Positions 49,254 to 59,890 are shown, counted from the first letter of the stretch. The stretch is DNA of 64,000 bases from Oceanispirochaeta sp. (GCA_963666275.2 CAXXOA010000001.1:2368001-2432000); one strand, 5' to 3'. Numbers and translations are program-made. Notes: generated by a model not told the origin, from the letters alone.

Positions 49254-50026
49254 TTACTCCCCGCCGCCTTTCTGAGGTCTCTCTGCAGGAGGCAGATAGG
49301 TATAGAGTTTATCCTCCAGGATCCGCGGGTTATCCCCGGACTGGATCGAAAGGATTCCCTGTATCATGATTTCCTTGACAAGGAGTTCTTCCTTGTTCCT
49401 GTCATCCAGTTTGATCTGAAGGGGCATCAGAACAAGGTTGGCTACAATGGAACCGTAAAGGGTGGTTACAAGCGCAACCGCCATGTTGGGACCGATCGAC
49501 GCTGTATCCTCCAGGTTGGCCATCATACCGATGAGCCCGAGAAGAGTACCGATCATTCCGAAGGCAGGGGCAATTTTCGCCCAGTTTCCGAAGAAATCAA
49601 TTCCCTCCTGATGCCGGGAGTCGATCATATTGACATTTCCATAGAGGATTTTTTTAATCACATCCGGATCAGTTCCGTCCACAACCAGTCTGAGGCCTCC
49701 CGGAGAAAATCATCCTCCACGTCATTCAGGGCATCATCCAGAGACAGAAGTCCCTCTTTACGCGCATTGTCGGCAAAGGTAACAAGCTGGGTAATCAGGG
49801 CTTCCTTGTTGTAGACCTGAATATTCATGGCAATATTCATATATTTGACAAACCCCAGTGCCTTCTGCAAGGGGCTTGCTACGATCATAGCCGCAAAAGA
49901 ACCGAATACAACAATGATGAGTGAGGCGATATCTATATACAGTCCTATAGAGTTTCCAGCGGCTATGATAGAACCGATTACAAGGAGAAACCCTCCGAAT
50001 AATCCACCTATTGTTGCAATATCCAT
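49254..50026 (-). pseudogene. motA: Flagellar stator MotA, split by a one-base frameshift (true lesion or sequencing error)
   Basis: N-half MDIATIGG...ARKEGLLSLD and C-half VDG...APAFGMIGTLLGLI...TTLYG...GDNP lie in different frames; one base is missing near 49696-49701. Confidence 0.85.
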
Positions 50027-50102
50027 TAAAAACTACTCCTCAATCTTCCCGAACGGGATTGTCGGTAAACACATCCCGGGGGCTATTATTCTTTCCATGT
50101 TT

Positions 50103-50294
50103 TCATTCTTAAACCGCTATCGGGATTTTCATTCTTCAAATCCCTGTCGCTATGACAAAACCGGGGCCCATTTGCTATCGCAAAACCCGATTTGTCATTC
50201 TTATACCGCTATCGGGATTTTCATTCTTCAAATCCCTGTCGCTATGACAAAACCGGGGCCCATTTGCTATCGCAAAACCCGATTTGTCATTCTT
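50103..50294. repeat. 92-bp structured tandem duplication between flbD and motA
   Basis: Units start at 50103 and 50195 (1 mismatch); a third TCATTCTT at 50287; internal inverted repeats. Confidence 0.95.
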
Positions 50295-50490
50295 CATTCT
50301 TGAAACCGCCGATTTCGCTCCGGTAGGCCACGATTCGATCGTAAACGTCCGGATAGCTCTCCTGGACAACCAGCCTCTTTCCAGAAAGCATCACGATCGT
50401 CGTACTGGCATCCGCTTCAATATACTCTATCTGATGGGGATTGAGGTAGATAACCTTCCCCATTTTCCCCATCATCGTTACTTTGATCAT
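50287..50490 (-). CDS. flbD: Flagellar protein FlbD (SwrD-like)
   Basis: MIKVT...YLNPHQIEYIEA..STTI.MLSGK.LVVQES; located between flgE and motA. Confidence 0.9.
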   Translation of the reverse strand: MIKVTMMGKMGKVIYLNPHQIEYIEADASTTIVMLSGKRLVVQESYPDVYDRIVAYRSEIGGFKNEE

Positions 50491-50507
50491 CCGGTTATAC
50501 TAACCTC

Positions 50508-51896
50508 TTATCTTTTCAGCTGAAGGAGTTCCTGCAGCATCGTATCGGAGGTTGTAATAGATTTACTGTTGGCCTGGAATCCTCTCTGAGTCACAATCAT
50601 ATCAGTGAACTGTTCCGCCAGGTCAACATTACTCATTTCGAGAGCTCCTGATACGAACTTTCCTTTACCGGCTATTCCGGAGGGTCCGATATTGGCTTCA
50701 CCGGAATTGATGGTCTGCACAAAAGTGGATTCTCCGCCTTTTTCAAGACCGCCGGGGTTGGTGAAAGACGCCAGAGCCACCTGTCCGAGAGACCGGTTTG
50801 TTCCGTTGGAATAAACTCCTGTAATCACACCGCGGGAATCGATCTGAAAAGTTTCCAGGTATCCCATGGAGTATCCGTTCTGACGGAACGCCTTGGTTGA
50901 AGAAGTTTCGGCGAACTGAGTGACCGTATTGGTATAGCTGCCCACTTCACCCAGATTCAGATTCATTGTCTGCCGAATGGGAGCTCCGTCCGCACCGGGT
51001 GTCGCGTCTACCACATCAAAAGAGACGGGGATCAGCAGTTCTCCCGCATCAACCGTGTCGCCCTGACCGTCGAAAGCTGTCTGCAGAGCACCCAGGTTAT
51101 CGAAGGTCATGGTAAATGTATTGGTTGTGTTGTTTTCAGCGCCGATCTCGATCGCCGTGTTTGTGGGAGTTTCCGCATCCTGATCAACAGCGACAGCCAC
51201 ATCCCACTGGTTGTTCACTCCGGGAGTTTTGGTAAAGCTGATTGTCATTTTATGGACATTGCCGAAACTGTCGTAGATGTCCTTATCAATCTGCCAGGTT
51301 CCCTCTCTCACATCGCCGGCACCGGCGCCGGGGAGGATATCGGGGGTCCTTTTATCCAGGTTACAGGCCAGTTCCACTTCCGTAGTGGCCGAAGCGGGAT
51401 CTTTGCTTCCCACGGGGATAAAAAGATCTGTTGTATCAGAAGCTGTATTGATATAGGTTTCACCGTCAATGGTTTCTGCTTCCCATCCCTGCACGCGCAT
51501 ACCGTTGGCAGGATTGACAAGCATGCCCTCTTCATCCAGACCGAAAGCGCCGGCTCTTGTATAGAACTCTTTATCTCCCTGGGACAGGATGAAAAATCCG
51601 TTCCCCTGAATCGCCAGGTCGGTAAGGTTCCCGGTGGTCTGAAGAGATCCCTGGGTATGGATTGTATCAATAGTGGCAACAGTCATACCGAGACCCACCT
51701 GCTGGGGATTCACACCGCCCAGTTCTTCTGTAGGTCTGGCGGCGCCTTTCATCTTCTGGGAGATCATATCCTGAAAGACAACCCGCCCTTTTTTAAACCC
51801 GATGGTGTTGACATTGGATACATTGTTTCCAATCACATCCATTCTGGTTTGATGATTCTGAAGTCCGGATACTCCGGAATAGAGTGAACGCATCAT
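50508..51896 (-). CDS. flgE: Flagellar hook protein FlgE
   Basis: [18 protein letters not shown] and [12 protein letters not shown] motifs. Confidence 0.97.
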   Translation of the reverse strand: MMRSLYSGVSGLQNHQTRMDVIGNNVSNVNTIGFKKGRVVFQDMISQKMKGAARPTEELGGVNPQQVGLGMTVATIDTIHTQGSLQTTGNLTDLAIQGNGFFILSQGDKEFYTRAGAFGLDEEGMLVNPANGMRVQGWEAETIDGETYINTASDTTDLFIPVGSKDPASATTEVELACNLDKRTPDILPGAGAGDVREGTWQIDKDIYDSFGNVHKMTISFTKTPGVNNQWDVAVAVDQDAETPTNTAIEIGAENNTTNTFTMTFDNLGALQTAFDGQGDTVDAGELLIPVSFDVVDATPGADGAPIRQTMNLNLGEVGSYTNTVTQFAETSSTKAFRQNGYSMGYLETFQIDSRGVITGVYSNGTNRSLGQVALASFTNPGGLEKGGESTFVQTINSGEANIGPSGIAGKGKFVSGALEMSNVDLAEQFTDMIVTQRGFQANSKSITTSDTMLQELLQLKR

Positions 51897-52348
51897 AACT
51901 CGGTATCTCCTTTATTGTTAAATACTGTCTGTAGTGTTGAATAATCGTAATATTTTCCGCCCACCAGCAGCTGGGGAAACTCTCCGCCTGTTACGGCTTC
52001 CACGGAACCCTGGATATTCTGTCCGTTCACAAGAAGTTCCACATCCTGCCCCAGAACGCTCATGGCCGAGGAACTGTTGAGTTTCTGGGCCACAGAAGTA
52101 AACTGCTGACTCATATTGGTCATCTGTTCCAGTGAGGAAAACTGTGCCATCTGAGCAATGAATTCCTTGTCTTCCATCGGCTTTGTGGGATCCTGATGCG
52201 ACAGCTGTGTAATCAGGATTTTCATAAAATCATCTTTACCAAGCTCCGACTGCTGAACTCTGTTCCCGTTCAGGGCTTTATTGAACGAATCGACCTGCAT
52301 GGACAGTTTTGCTTTATCTGTTCCGTTCATCTGTGTACTGAAATCCAT
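51893..52348 (-). CDS. flgD: Hook capping protein FlgD
   Basis: [20 protein letters not shown]...[14 protein letters not shown] motif. Confidence 0.95.
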   Translation of the reverse strand: MDFSTQMNGTDKAKLSMQVDSFNKALNGNRVQQSELGKDDFMKILITQLSHQDPTKPMEDKEFIAQMAQFSSLEQMTNMSQQFTSVAQKLNSSSAMSVLGQDVELLVNGQNIQGSVEAVTGGEFPQLLVGGKYYDYSTLQTVFNNKGDTEL

Positions 52349-52357
52349 CAGGACCTC

Positions 52358-53731
52358 CTAAATCACTAAATCTATCTGAGAGAGACCGGCTCCCTCTTCA
52401 TACACTGCGGGGACCGCATCTTCCAGATCTGCAGCCTCCCTCTGAAAAAAGACAGGCTGTTCCTCCCGATACCCCTGCTGGGGGCCGGACTCTCCGCCAC
52501 CGACCGAAACATCCAGGGCGGCCGAATCAAACCCGCTGTCTTCCAGAGCGCGGGACAGGTCTGCCAGATTATTCTGAAAAACCTGCTTTACACTATTATT
52601 TTCGACAATTATCTTCCCGACTATATTGTTTTCATCAAGATTCAGGTGGATTCTTACTTTTCCCAGAGCCTCGGGCTTCAGAATCAGCTTGATTTCGCCG
52701 TGATTATTGTCTTTCAGAACAAATCGGATATTTTTGGCAAGATCCCGGGTCCCCCCCTCCTGAAGCTGTTTGTTCAGCAGGAAGGATCCTTTCTGCTCTT
52801 CTGCGGAGTGAAGGATAAACTGTCTTCCCGAGGCATCCCTGGACTCGCCTGTCTGGAGAGTGCCTGTGAGATCATCACCGGTTTCCATTTCAAGGACAAG
52901 TTCCTTACTGTCACCGTTTCCGGCAGGAGAAAATACAGCTCTGGCATCTTCTGTTTTAACAGTTCTTCTATCTTCCACGGAGATAAGAGAACTCCGGACA
53001 GCCTTGCCGTCGGAATCCCTGTGATTCGGGCCTTTCCGGCCTCTGGGGTCCCCCTCTTTTATCTGTGAAGGATCTGCGGCTTCAGTTCCTGCCACTGACT
53101 GAGTCTCCGCTGGTATAGGCGCAGCAGAGGCAGTCTGCTGATCCGGTCTATTCTGTTCTGAGCCGGAAAGGGACTGCTCCGCCTGAGAAACAGGCAGTTC
53201 GGAACTGGAGGATTTGTCCCCATCTCCCCGGGATACGGCAGAGGCGGCATTTTCAACGGTAAGGTTTTTTCCTGCCTCGGCAGTGGATTGTGCGGAAACA
53301 GCGGAAACTCTGTGTCCCTCAGATTTCTGTTTTCCGGCTGTATGAGAGAGGGTTTTCTCCCCCGGGGATTCTGAACCGGACAGAGGATACGCCTTTGCCT
53401 GTTCGGAAAAATCCACAAGACCCTTTATGCTCTTCTTTTCCTGAGAGGTTTCCGGTTTGTGCTGCCGGAGGGTCTTTTTTCCCTGGGGAACTTCATTTTT
53501 CCCGCTTTTTCGAGCCGGACCATCCTGAACGGATTGGCTCTTTTTTCCGGAAGTTTCCTGCTCTCTCTCTTTTTCTCTGCTGATCTTTTCATTTTTCAAT
53601 GTTTCAGCAAAGTCGGATTTCCCGTTTTTATCAGGTTTGAAAGCTTCTTCCGTGCGGCCAGGGTTTCGAACTTTGGTATTCCCCGAGTCAGGATTGCGTA
53701 TCTCGGTCTGCGGGAATGTAAACTGAACCAT
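52358..53731 (-). CDS. fliK: Hook-length control protein FliK
   Basis: Low-complexity N-terminus; C-terminal IKLILKPEALGKV. Confidence 0.88.
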   Translation of the reverse strand: MVQFTFPQTEIRNPDSGNTKVRNPGRTEEAFKPDKNGKSDFAETLKNEKISREKEREQETSGKKSQSVQDGPARKSGKNEVPQGKKTLRQHKPETSQEKKSIKGLVDFSEQAKAYPLSGSESPGEKTLSHTAGKQKSEGHRVSAVSAQSTAEAGKNLTVENAASAVSRGDGDKSSSSELPVSQAEQSLSGSEQNRPDQQTASAAPIPAETQSVAGTEAADPSQIKEGDPRGRKGPNHRDSDGKAVRSSLISVEDRRTVKTEDARAVFSPAGNGDSKELVLEMETGDDLTGTLQTGESRDASGRQFILHSAEEQKGSFLLNKQLQEGGTRDLAKNIRFVLKDNNHGEIKLILKPEALGKVRIHLNLDENNIVGKIIVENNSVKQVFQNNLADLSRALEDSGFDSAALDVSVGGGESGPQQGYREEQPVFFQREAADLEDAVPAVYEEGAGLSQIDLVI

Positions 53732-53749
53732 GGCACCTCCAGATGAAAA

Positions 53750-54370
53750 TTAATCCTCCGGTTTCAATGTCATTTTACTCTGTAGCTCAGAGGCTCTGTC
53801 TGCGGGCATCAATGACAACCAGAAGGCAACCAGGGACGATCTTCCGGATTCCTGAGCCAGCCTTTCGGATGTTCTCAGCAGATCCACCAGCTCGGTATCT
53901 TCCATTTCCAGCATGATGGAAACGGCATTTTCGGGAGGCATTCCCTCAAGATACCGGGCATTCTGTTCCAGGTTTGCTCTTTTATTGTCGTACGAATTCA
54001 GAGCTTCATTAAGGGATTTCTCTTTTTCATCCAAAGATTTCTGTCTTTCCTCCAGCTGGGTTGCCAGTTCCTGGAGCTCCGCCTCGGACAGAAGGAGCTC
54101 ATCCTCTCTGGCCTGCAGGTCCGCTTCGCGCAAATCCAGTGCTTCTATCTGTTTAGAGAGACGTTCCTTGTCGAGGAGGTACAGATCATCGGGCTGTTCC
54201 ACAGGTTCGGGGGCATCGAGTCTGAGAGCTCTCAGCAGGGGTGTCAGGGAATCCCGGGCATTGATCAGTCCCAGAAAATCCACCCAGAGAAGCCCTCCGA
54301 TTATCAATACAGCAATGAGAATAATCAGAAAAAATATTTTTGCGATCCCGCCGCCGTTCAATCCTGCCAC
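53750..54370 (-). CDS. flbB: Periplasmic flagellar collar protein FlbB (MotE-like)
   Basis: N-terminal TM (WVDFLG), coiled coil, YLEGMPPENAV and WLSLMPADRA motifs. Confidence 0.85.
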   Translation of the reverse strand: MAGLNGGGIAKIFFLIILIAVLIIGGLLWVDFLGLINARDSLTPLLRALRLDAPEPVEQPDDLYLLDKERLSKQIEALDLREADLQAREDELLLSEAELQELATQLEERQKSLDEKEKSLNEALNSYDNKRANLEQNARYLEGMPPENAVSIMLEMEDTELVDLLRTSERLAQESGRSSLVAFWLSLMPADRASELQSKMTLKPED

Positions 54371-54388
54371 AGTTGTACCTCATTATCC

Positions 54389-54817
54389 TTATTCGGATGA
54401 CTCTCTCATCCGGGTCATATTCTGACTCAAGTCATCAAGAAAGAGCTCTTCTTTTTTACGGGCCCTTTTTCTATGTTCCTCTTTCCGTTTCGCTTTGAGT
54501 TTATCAAGGCCTTCTCTTGCCGCCCGGGCCTGCCTGTACTCTTCCCTCAGTTTTTCAAGGAGGGGTTCTTTCCTGTCCATCTCCTGCTGAAACCGCAGGA
54601 TCTGCTGATCCAGCCGGGCGCTGTACAGGGAAGACTGAAAAATGTCCTCAGGGGTCCTGGCCGGGGCCATCCTCTGTTTTTTCTCCACACAGTCCTGCTG
54701 CTGCCGGCTGATCCGGTTCCATTCACTGACGACCCGTCCCAATCGGACTTCCGCCTCCTGCTCCTGTTCCAGGCGCAGTTCCAGGATCTGCTCAAGTGAG
54801 AATTGAAATGCCTTCAT
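54389..54817 (-). CDS. fliJ: Flagellar export protein FliJ
   Basis: MKAFQFSLEQILELR start; coiled coil; follows fliI. Confidence 0.88.
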   Translation of the reverse strand: MKAFQFSLEQILELRLEQEQEAEVRLGRVVSEWNRISRQQQDCVEKKQRMAPARTPEDIFQSSLYSARLDQQILRFQQEMDRKEPLLEKLREEYRQARAAREGLDKLKAKRKEEHRKRARKKEELFLDDLSQNMTRMRESSE

Positions 54818-56174
54818 TTCCCGGCTCCTCATCGGCTGCGGCAGAACCCCAGACTTCCTGTTCCGTCAGATCCACACCGGCAATGGCACCCGCATTGACA
54901 AGGGTTTTGCGGATATCCGCTTTTTCTTCTATCTCCTGCCGGAGAAAGTCTTTGATGCTGTCAATTTTTGCAATAGCCTCATCCACTTCCGGATTGGACC
55001 CCCTGGCATAGGCACCCACTGAGATCAGGTCTTCCTTTTCCGTATAGAGAGCCAGGAGTTTTCTGATATACCCCGAATTCCTTCTCAGGTTTTCGGGCAT
55101 GATTTTGGTTTCCAGCCGGGAGACTGAGCTCAGCACATCCACCGCAGGATAGTGATACTGTTCCGCCAGCTTCCTCGACAGGACAATATGACCGTCCAGG
55201 ATACCCCTGACCGCATCTGTGACCGGTTCATCCATATCATCCCCTTCGACAAGGATGGTATAGACACCTGTGATGGTTCCCCTGTCGGAGGTTCCGCTCC
55301 TTTCCAGGAGCTTGGGAAGCAGGGTAAAAACCGAAGGTGTGTATCCCCTGGTTGCGGGGGGTTCCCCGATGGCCAGGCCGATCTCACGCTGGGACATGGC
55401 AAAACGGGTGACCGAATCAAAAAGGAGCATCACGTTTTTACCCTGGTCACGGAAATATTCCGCTATGGTGGTTGCCGTATAGGCGCCCCTGACACGGCTC
55501 AAAGCGGATGTGTCCCCAGTGGAAACCACAAGAACCGAGCGTTTGAGGCCTTCCGGTCCCAGATCGTTTTCAATGAATTCCCGGACTTCCCTGCCCCGTT
55601 CCCCGATAAGTGCGATGACATTCACATCGGCCGATGTATTCCGGGCGATCATGCCCAGAAGGGTGGATTTTCCCACACCTGAACCGGCAAAGATACCGAT
55701 CCTCTGGCCCTCCCCTATGGGAGTCATACTGTCGATGGATCGGACTCCAGTGACAATCTGTTTATCGATCCGTTTTCTTGTCATCGGCGAAGGGGGAGAA
55801 TGGAATACCGAACGGGTCTCGGTGCTTCTGATTCCGCCCATATCATCAACAGGGTGTCCCAGACCATCGAGAACCCGCCCCAGAAGGTCATCTGAGACTC
55901 CTATACTGAGCTGTTCTCCCGTGGCAACCACGGGACATCCTGCTTCGATGCCCTGCATTTCTCCGTAGGGCATAAGCTGAACTCTCTGATCCCGGAGAGC
56001 CACAACTTCCGCCAGGATTTCCTCGTTCTGCCTGGGAAGGTAGATGCGGCAGACCTCGCCGATCACAGCCTGAGGACCGCTGGATTCGATCAGATTCCCC
56101 TGCACGCGGATAACCGACCCCTGATATTTGACAGGGTCCAGACCTTCCACGGCTTTCAGGTATCTTTTCAGCAT
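54792..56174 (-). CDS. fliI: Flagellar export ATPase FliI
   Basis: GSGVGKST, LIGERGREV and DSVTRFA motifs. Confidence 0.96.
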   Translation of the reverse strand: MLKRYLKAVEGLDPVKYQGSVIRVQGNLIESSGPQAVIGEVCRIYLPRQNEEILAEVVALRDQRVQLMPYGEMQGIEAGCPVVATGEQLSIGVSDDLLGRVLDGLGHPVDDMGGIRSTETRSVFHSPPSPMTRKRIDKQIVTGVRSIDSMTPIGEGQRIGIFAGSGVGKSTLLGMIARNTSADVNVIALIGERGREVREFIENDLGPEGLKRSVLVVSTGDTSALSRVRGAYTATTIAEYFRDQGKNVMLLFDSVTRFAMSQREIGLAIGEPPATRGYTPSVFTLLPKLLERSGTSDRGTITGVYTILVEGDDMDEPVTDAVRGILDGHIVLSRKLAEQYHYPAVDVLSSVSRLETKIMPENLRRNSGYIRKLLALYTEKEDLISVGAYARGSNPEVDEAIAKIDSIKDFLRQEIEEKADIRKTLVNAGAIAGVDLTEQEVWGSAAADEEPGNEGISILT

Positions 56175-56189
56175 AGTATCCTCCGGGGC

Positions 56190-57104
56190 TTACTGTTCGC
56201 CCTTTACCTTGATGGGAACCAGTTCCATGATCTTTTCTTCGATCTCTTTGAGCTGGGATGTAATTCTGGCATCGATCTGACCGAAATCCGTTTCAATAAT
56301 ACAGCCGCCCTGGTCTACCGAGGTATCCTCAAGGACGGTTATGGATTTTACATTTTCCACCATTTTCATGAAGTCGCGGGTATGGTCCGTTGCCAGATCC
56401 AGATCAGCCAGGTTAACCCTGATGGCCACATCTCCCCGGCTTTTGAGCTTTCTCAATGCCTGAACAATATTATTCACAACCACATTTTTCTGGTTTTCCG
56501 ATATGACCTTGATAACTTTCCGGGAGATCAGAAGGACCAGATCTATCATCTGGGTTTCTGCTTCGTCAATCATCTCCTCCCGTTTTTCGATCGCTTTGTC
56601 TATGATCTTATGAAGCCTTTCCACAAGCCTCTGGGCCTCTTTCTTACCCTCTTCAAAACCCTCTTCCCGGCCTGCGGCTTCTCCCTTTCCCCGGGCTTCC
56701 TCTTCAATCTGGGCAACCTGGGCCCGGGCATCGGCCAGCATTTTTTCCGCATCATTTTTAGCCTGATCCAGAACTCTGGCTGCTTCGGATTCCACTTCAA
56801 TCTTCTCTCGTGAAGCCTGATCTGTTTTTCTCCGGACCTCTTCAAAGGCTGTTTCCTCAGCCTCTTTGATGATCCTTTCCGCCTCAGCCTGGGCCTGTTC
56901 GACCATGCGGGCCTTCTCTTCCTCCCACTGAACGCGGAAGGCTTCGGCTTCCCGTCTGAGATCATCCGCGGTCGGTCCTGTATACTCTTCTATATCAGTG
57001 AGTTCTTCCAGAGACTCTTCGGTCTGAAAAACCGGGGGCGCGATTTCCACTTTCTGAGCTGTCAGATTTATGATTTCCATGGGTCTGAAAAGGTTTTTAG
57101 CCAT
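56190..57104 (-). CDS. fliH: Flagellar assembly protein FliH
   Basis: GxxxG repeats; GGCIIETDFG.IDA motif. Confidence 0.93.
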   Translation of the reverse strand: MAKNLFRPMEIINLTAQKVEIAPPVFQTEESLEELTDIEEYTGPTADDLRREAEAFRVQWEEEKARMVEQAQAEAERIIKEAEETAFEEVRRKTDQASREKIEVESEAARVLDQAKNDAEKMLADARAQVAQIEEEARGKGEAAGREEGFEEGKKEAQRLVERLHKIIDKAIEKREEMIDEAETQMIDLVLLISRKVIKVISENQKNVVVNNIVQALRKLKSRGDVAIRVNLADLDLATDHTRDFMKMVENVKSITVLEDTSVDQGGCIIETDFGQIDARITSQLKEIEEKIMELVPIKVKGEQ

Positions 57105-57128
57105 GCCCTACTCCTTTACACTGCGCAT

Positions 57129-58166
57129 TTACACCAGAACGTCTTCTTCACCGCTTCTGGCAATAACGACTTCACCCTGCTCTTCCAGTTTCCGGATAAC
57201 CGATACGATTTTCTGCTGGGCTTCCTCGACATCCTTCCGACGGGTGGGGCCCATAAAATCCATATCTTCCTTCAACAGGGCCGCCGCCCTTTTAGACATA
57301 TTCCGGAAGATCTTATCCTGCACTTCAGGGTCCACCGCCTTGAGAGCTTTCGCCAGTTCCGCCGTATCGACTTCCCGCATAACCCTCTGGACGGCTCTGT
57401 CATCCAGCATAATGATATCTTCGAATACGAACATCCTCTTCTTGATCTCTTCGGCCAGTTCGGGATCGTCCTCTTCCAGGGATTCAATGATGGTTTTCTC
57501 TGTGGTTCTGTCTACAAGGTTCAGAATATCCACGATACTGGGAACACCACCGGCAGAGGTATAGTCCTCCGAAGAGAGGGAGGAGAGTTTTTTCTCAAGA
57601 ACCCGTTCCACCTCTCTCAGGATTTCCGGCGAGGTCCTGTCCATGGTTGCGATCCTTTTGGCTACATCAGACTGTTTCTCCTGGGGGAGCTGACTGAGGA
57701 TCTGAGACGCCTTGAGAGGCTCCAGATAAGCCAGGATGAGAGCAATGGTCTGGGGATGCTCCTGCTGGATAAAGTTCAGCAGATGAGCCGGATCGGTCCG
57801 TCTGACAAAGTCGAAAGGTCTGGTTTTCAGAGAACTGGTCAGCCTGTTGATGATATCAACAGCTTTCTGACTTCCCAGAGATTTTTCAAGGAGCTCCCGG
57901 GCATAGTCGATACCGCCGGAAGAGATGAAATCCTGGGCCATCATGAGCTCCTGGAACTCCTGAAGCACCATATCCCTGGATTCGGGGTCTATATTTTCCA
58001 GTCGGGCAATTTCAAAGGTAAGGATTTCGATTTCATCTTCCCGGAGATGTTTAAACACTTCCGATGAGATTTCCGCTCCCAGGGTTACCAGAAAGATAGC
58101 GGCTTTCTGCTTTCCCGAAAGTTCTTCCTTATGATTCCCCTTGCCCTGGCTGTTTGCTTTTGCCAT
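57129..58166 (-). CDS. fliG: Flagellar switch protein FliG
   Basis: KAAIFLV, GGIDYA, EHPQTIA and MFVFEDI motifs. Confidence 0.97.
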   Translation of the reverse strand: MAKANSQGKGNHKEELSGKQKAAIFLVTLGAEISSEVFKHLREDEIEILTFEIARLENIDPESRDMVLQEFQELMMAQDFISSGGIDYARELLEKSLGSQKAVDIINRLTSSLKTRPFDFVRRTDPAHLLNFIQQEHPQTIALILAYLEPLKASQILSQLPQEKQSDVAKRIATMDRTSPEILREVERVLEKKLSSLSSEDYTSAGGVPSIVDILNLVDRTTEKTIIESLEEDDPELAEEIKKRMFVFEDIIMLDDRAVQRVMREVDTAELAKALKAVDPEVQDKIFRNMSKRAAALLKEDMDFMGPTRRKDVEEAQQKIVSVIRKLEEQGEVVIARSGEEDVLV

Positions 58167-58183
58167 CTATAAACTCCTGCGTT

Positions 58184-59890
58184 TTACTCTTCAGCCAGCC
58201 ATGTTCGGATCAGGTTAGCCACGTCTTCAGGATGCTCTCTTGCCATATTCTTGGCATTCTCCTGCATCTCCATTCTGGCGCGTTCCTGTACGGACATTTC
58301 CACATCGATTCCCTCTTCTTCCGCCTGACGGAGAGTCTGTTCTCTCATAGCCTGGTGCTGTCTTGCCAGCTCCTCTTCCCGCAGTCTTCTTCTGCGTTCC
58401 AGTTCTTTGGCAATAGCCCGGTAGATAAAGAAAGCGGCAATGAGAATGATCAGAGCAATTATGGAGTAGAGCAGGGTCTGCTGAATCTGCTGCTGTCTCC
58501 TGTACTCGGCGTCTTCCGCTTTAAACTCGTCAGACCGGTCAAAAGGTATGTGCTGGACCGTTACGGTATCTCCCCTTGCGGTGGAGTACCCTACAGCGTG
58601 CTGAACAAGGGTCAGTGCCTTTGCCAGATCTTCATCGGACACAGGGGTGTACACTCGTTTAATACTGCCCTTTTCAATAACTGCTTTTCCCTTCTCATCA
58701 TAATCCCAGTTCCATATTCCGTCCACTGCTACAGCCACAGAGATTCTGGCAATCTGAAAGGGACTTTTCTCTTCCTGGATATTCCGGGTGTTCACCACTT
58801 CATTCCTGGTGGTACTGTTGCTTTCGTACCGGCCCACCAGGTTGTTCAGATCCTTATAGGCGGGAGCTGTCTGCCCCTCCTGTCCGGGAGGTCCCTCGGG
58901 ATTGAATCCTGTACCCTCGAAGTTTTCCGCCGAGTTGGACTCGGAAAGGGTTATGGAATTGACCGTTTCCAGCTCACTGTAGGGAGTTTCAGGGTCGTCT
59001 TCCCTGACTGTAATGGGAAAATGCTCTTCTGTGGCGATCGTTTTATTAATGAATTCCAGATCAATATCAATATTGACTATATTCACCCTTTTGGGAGTAA
59101 ACACATTCTGCAGAGATGCCAGGATCGTGTTGGTATACTGAACTTCCAGAGATTTTTTCTGTTTCAGCATCCGGCTTGTCAGTTCGAGCCTGTCCAGGCT
59201 TTCCAGCCCTTCAAAGTCATTCAGGATCGTCCCGTTGAAATCCAGGATGGTGATATTCTCTTCATCCAGTCCTTCCACGGCAAACTGAACCAGTTTGACA
59301 ATACCTTCCACTTTATTTCTGTTGGTGGCAATATCACTGCCCGGACGGGGAGTGATCACAGCCGAAACGGTCACAGGGTTCTGCTCGCTGGCAAAGAGAG
59401 TCCTTTCGGGCATAACCAGAGAAACCTGGGCGTTGTCCACATCGGCCAGAGCTTCAATGTGCTGCTCCAGACTGGCTGTGATGGCCCGGCGGAGGTTCAC
59501 ATCCCTCTCAAAATCGGTGAGGGTCCATCTTTCCACGTCGAAAATGGCCCAGGGATCCGTATCGGAGGGAATCAGATCCTCCCGGATAAGCAGAGATCGC
59601 ATATTTCTGGCTGTTTTTTCATCGGAAACATAGATACGGCCGTCCGCATTGAGTCTGTAGGCGATCCCTTCCTCATCCAGTTTCAGCATGATCCTGTCAT
59701 TGCTGTCCTGATCTGTGATGGGGACTCCCAGCAGCGGCACCATACTCGGTGATGATGATACGGTGAATAAAAGAACGATACCTACAACGGCTCCTATCAG
59801 GATACCCGAGAATATCAATTTCTGAACAATGCTCCACTTACCCCAGACTGTTGTAATCTGGCCAAGCAGTTTTTTTATCCATTCCAGCAT
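58184..59890 (-). CDS. fliF: Flagellar M-ring protein FliF
   Basis: Two TMs; FAVEGL...ITILD, ARGDTVTV and LIRTWL motifs. Confidence 0.95.
   Translation of the reverse strand: MLEWIKKLLGQITTVWGKWSIVQKLIFSGILIGAVVGIVLLFTVSSSPSMVPLLGVPITDQDSNDRIMLKLDEEGIAYRLNADGRIYVSDEKTARNMRSLLIREDLIPSDTDPWAIFDVERWTLTDFERDVNLRRAITASLEQHIEALADVDNAQVSLVMPERTLFASEQNPVTVSAVITPRPGSDIATNRNKVEGIVKLVQFAVEGLDEENITILDFNGTILNDFEGLESLDRLELTSRMLKQKKSLEVQYTNTILASLQNVFTPKRVNIVNIDIDLEFINKTIATEEHFPITVREDDPETPYSELETVNSITLSESNSAENFEGTGFNPEGPPGQEGQTAPAYKDLNNLVGRYESNSTTRNEVVNTRNIQEEKSPFQIARISVAVAVDGIWNWDYDEKGKAVIEKGSIKRVYTPVSDEDLAKALTLVQHAVGYSTARGDTVTVQHIPFDRSDEFKAEDAEYRRQQQIQQTLLYSIIALIILIAAFFIYRAIAKELERRRRLREEELARQHQAMREQTLRQAEEEGIDVEMSVQERARMEMQENAKNMAREHPEDVANLIRTWLAEE

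Noticed and set aside
49690..49712. Programmed -1 frameshift or phase-variable tract in motA
   Set aside because: No X XXY YYZ slippery heptamer, and the G run is only 3 nt.
50103..50294. c-di-GMP riboswitch, CRISPR array, or the 64-79 aa ORFs over the 92-bp repeat
   Set aside because: No GEMM consensus, no spacers, period not divisible by 3, and the ORFs overlap flbD out of frame or antisense.
58154..59752. 532-aa plus-strand ORF
   Set aside because: Antisense shadow of fliF.
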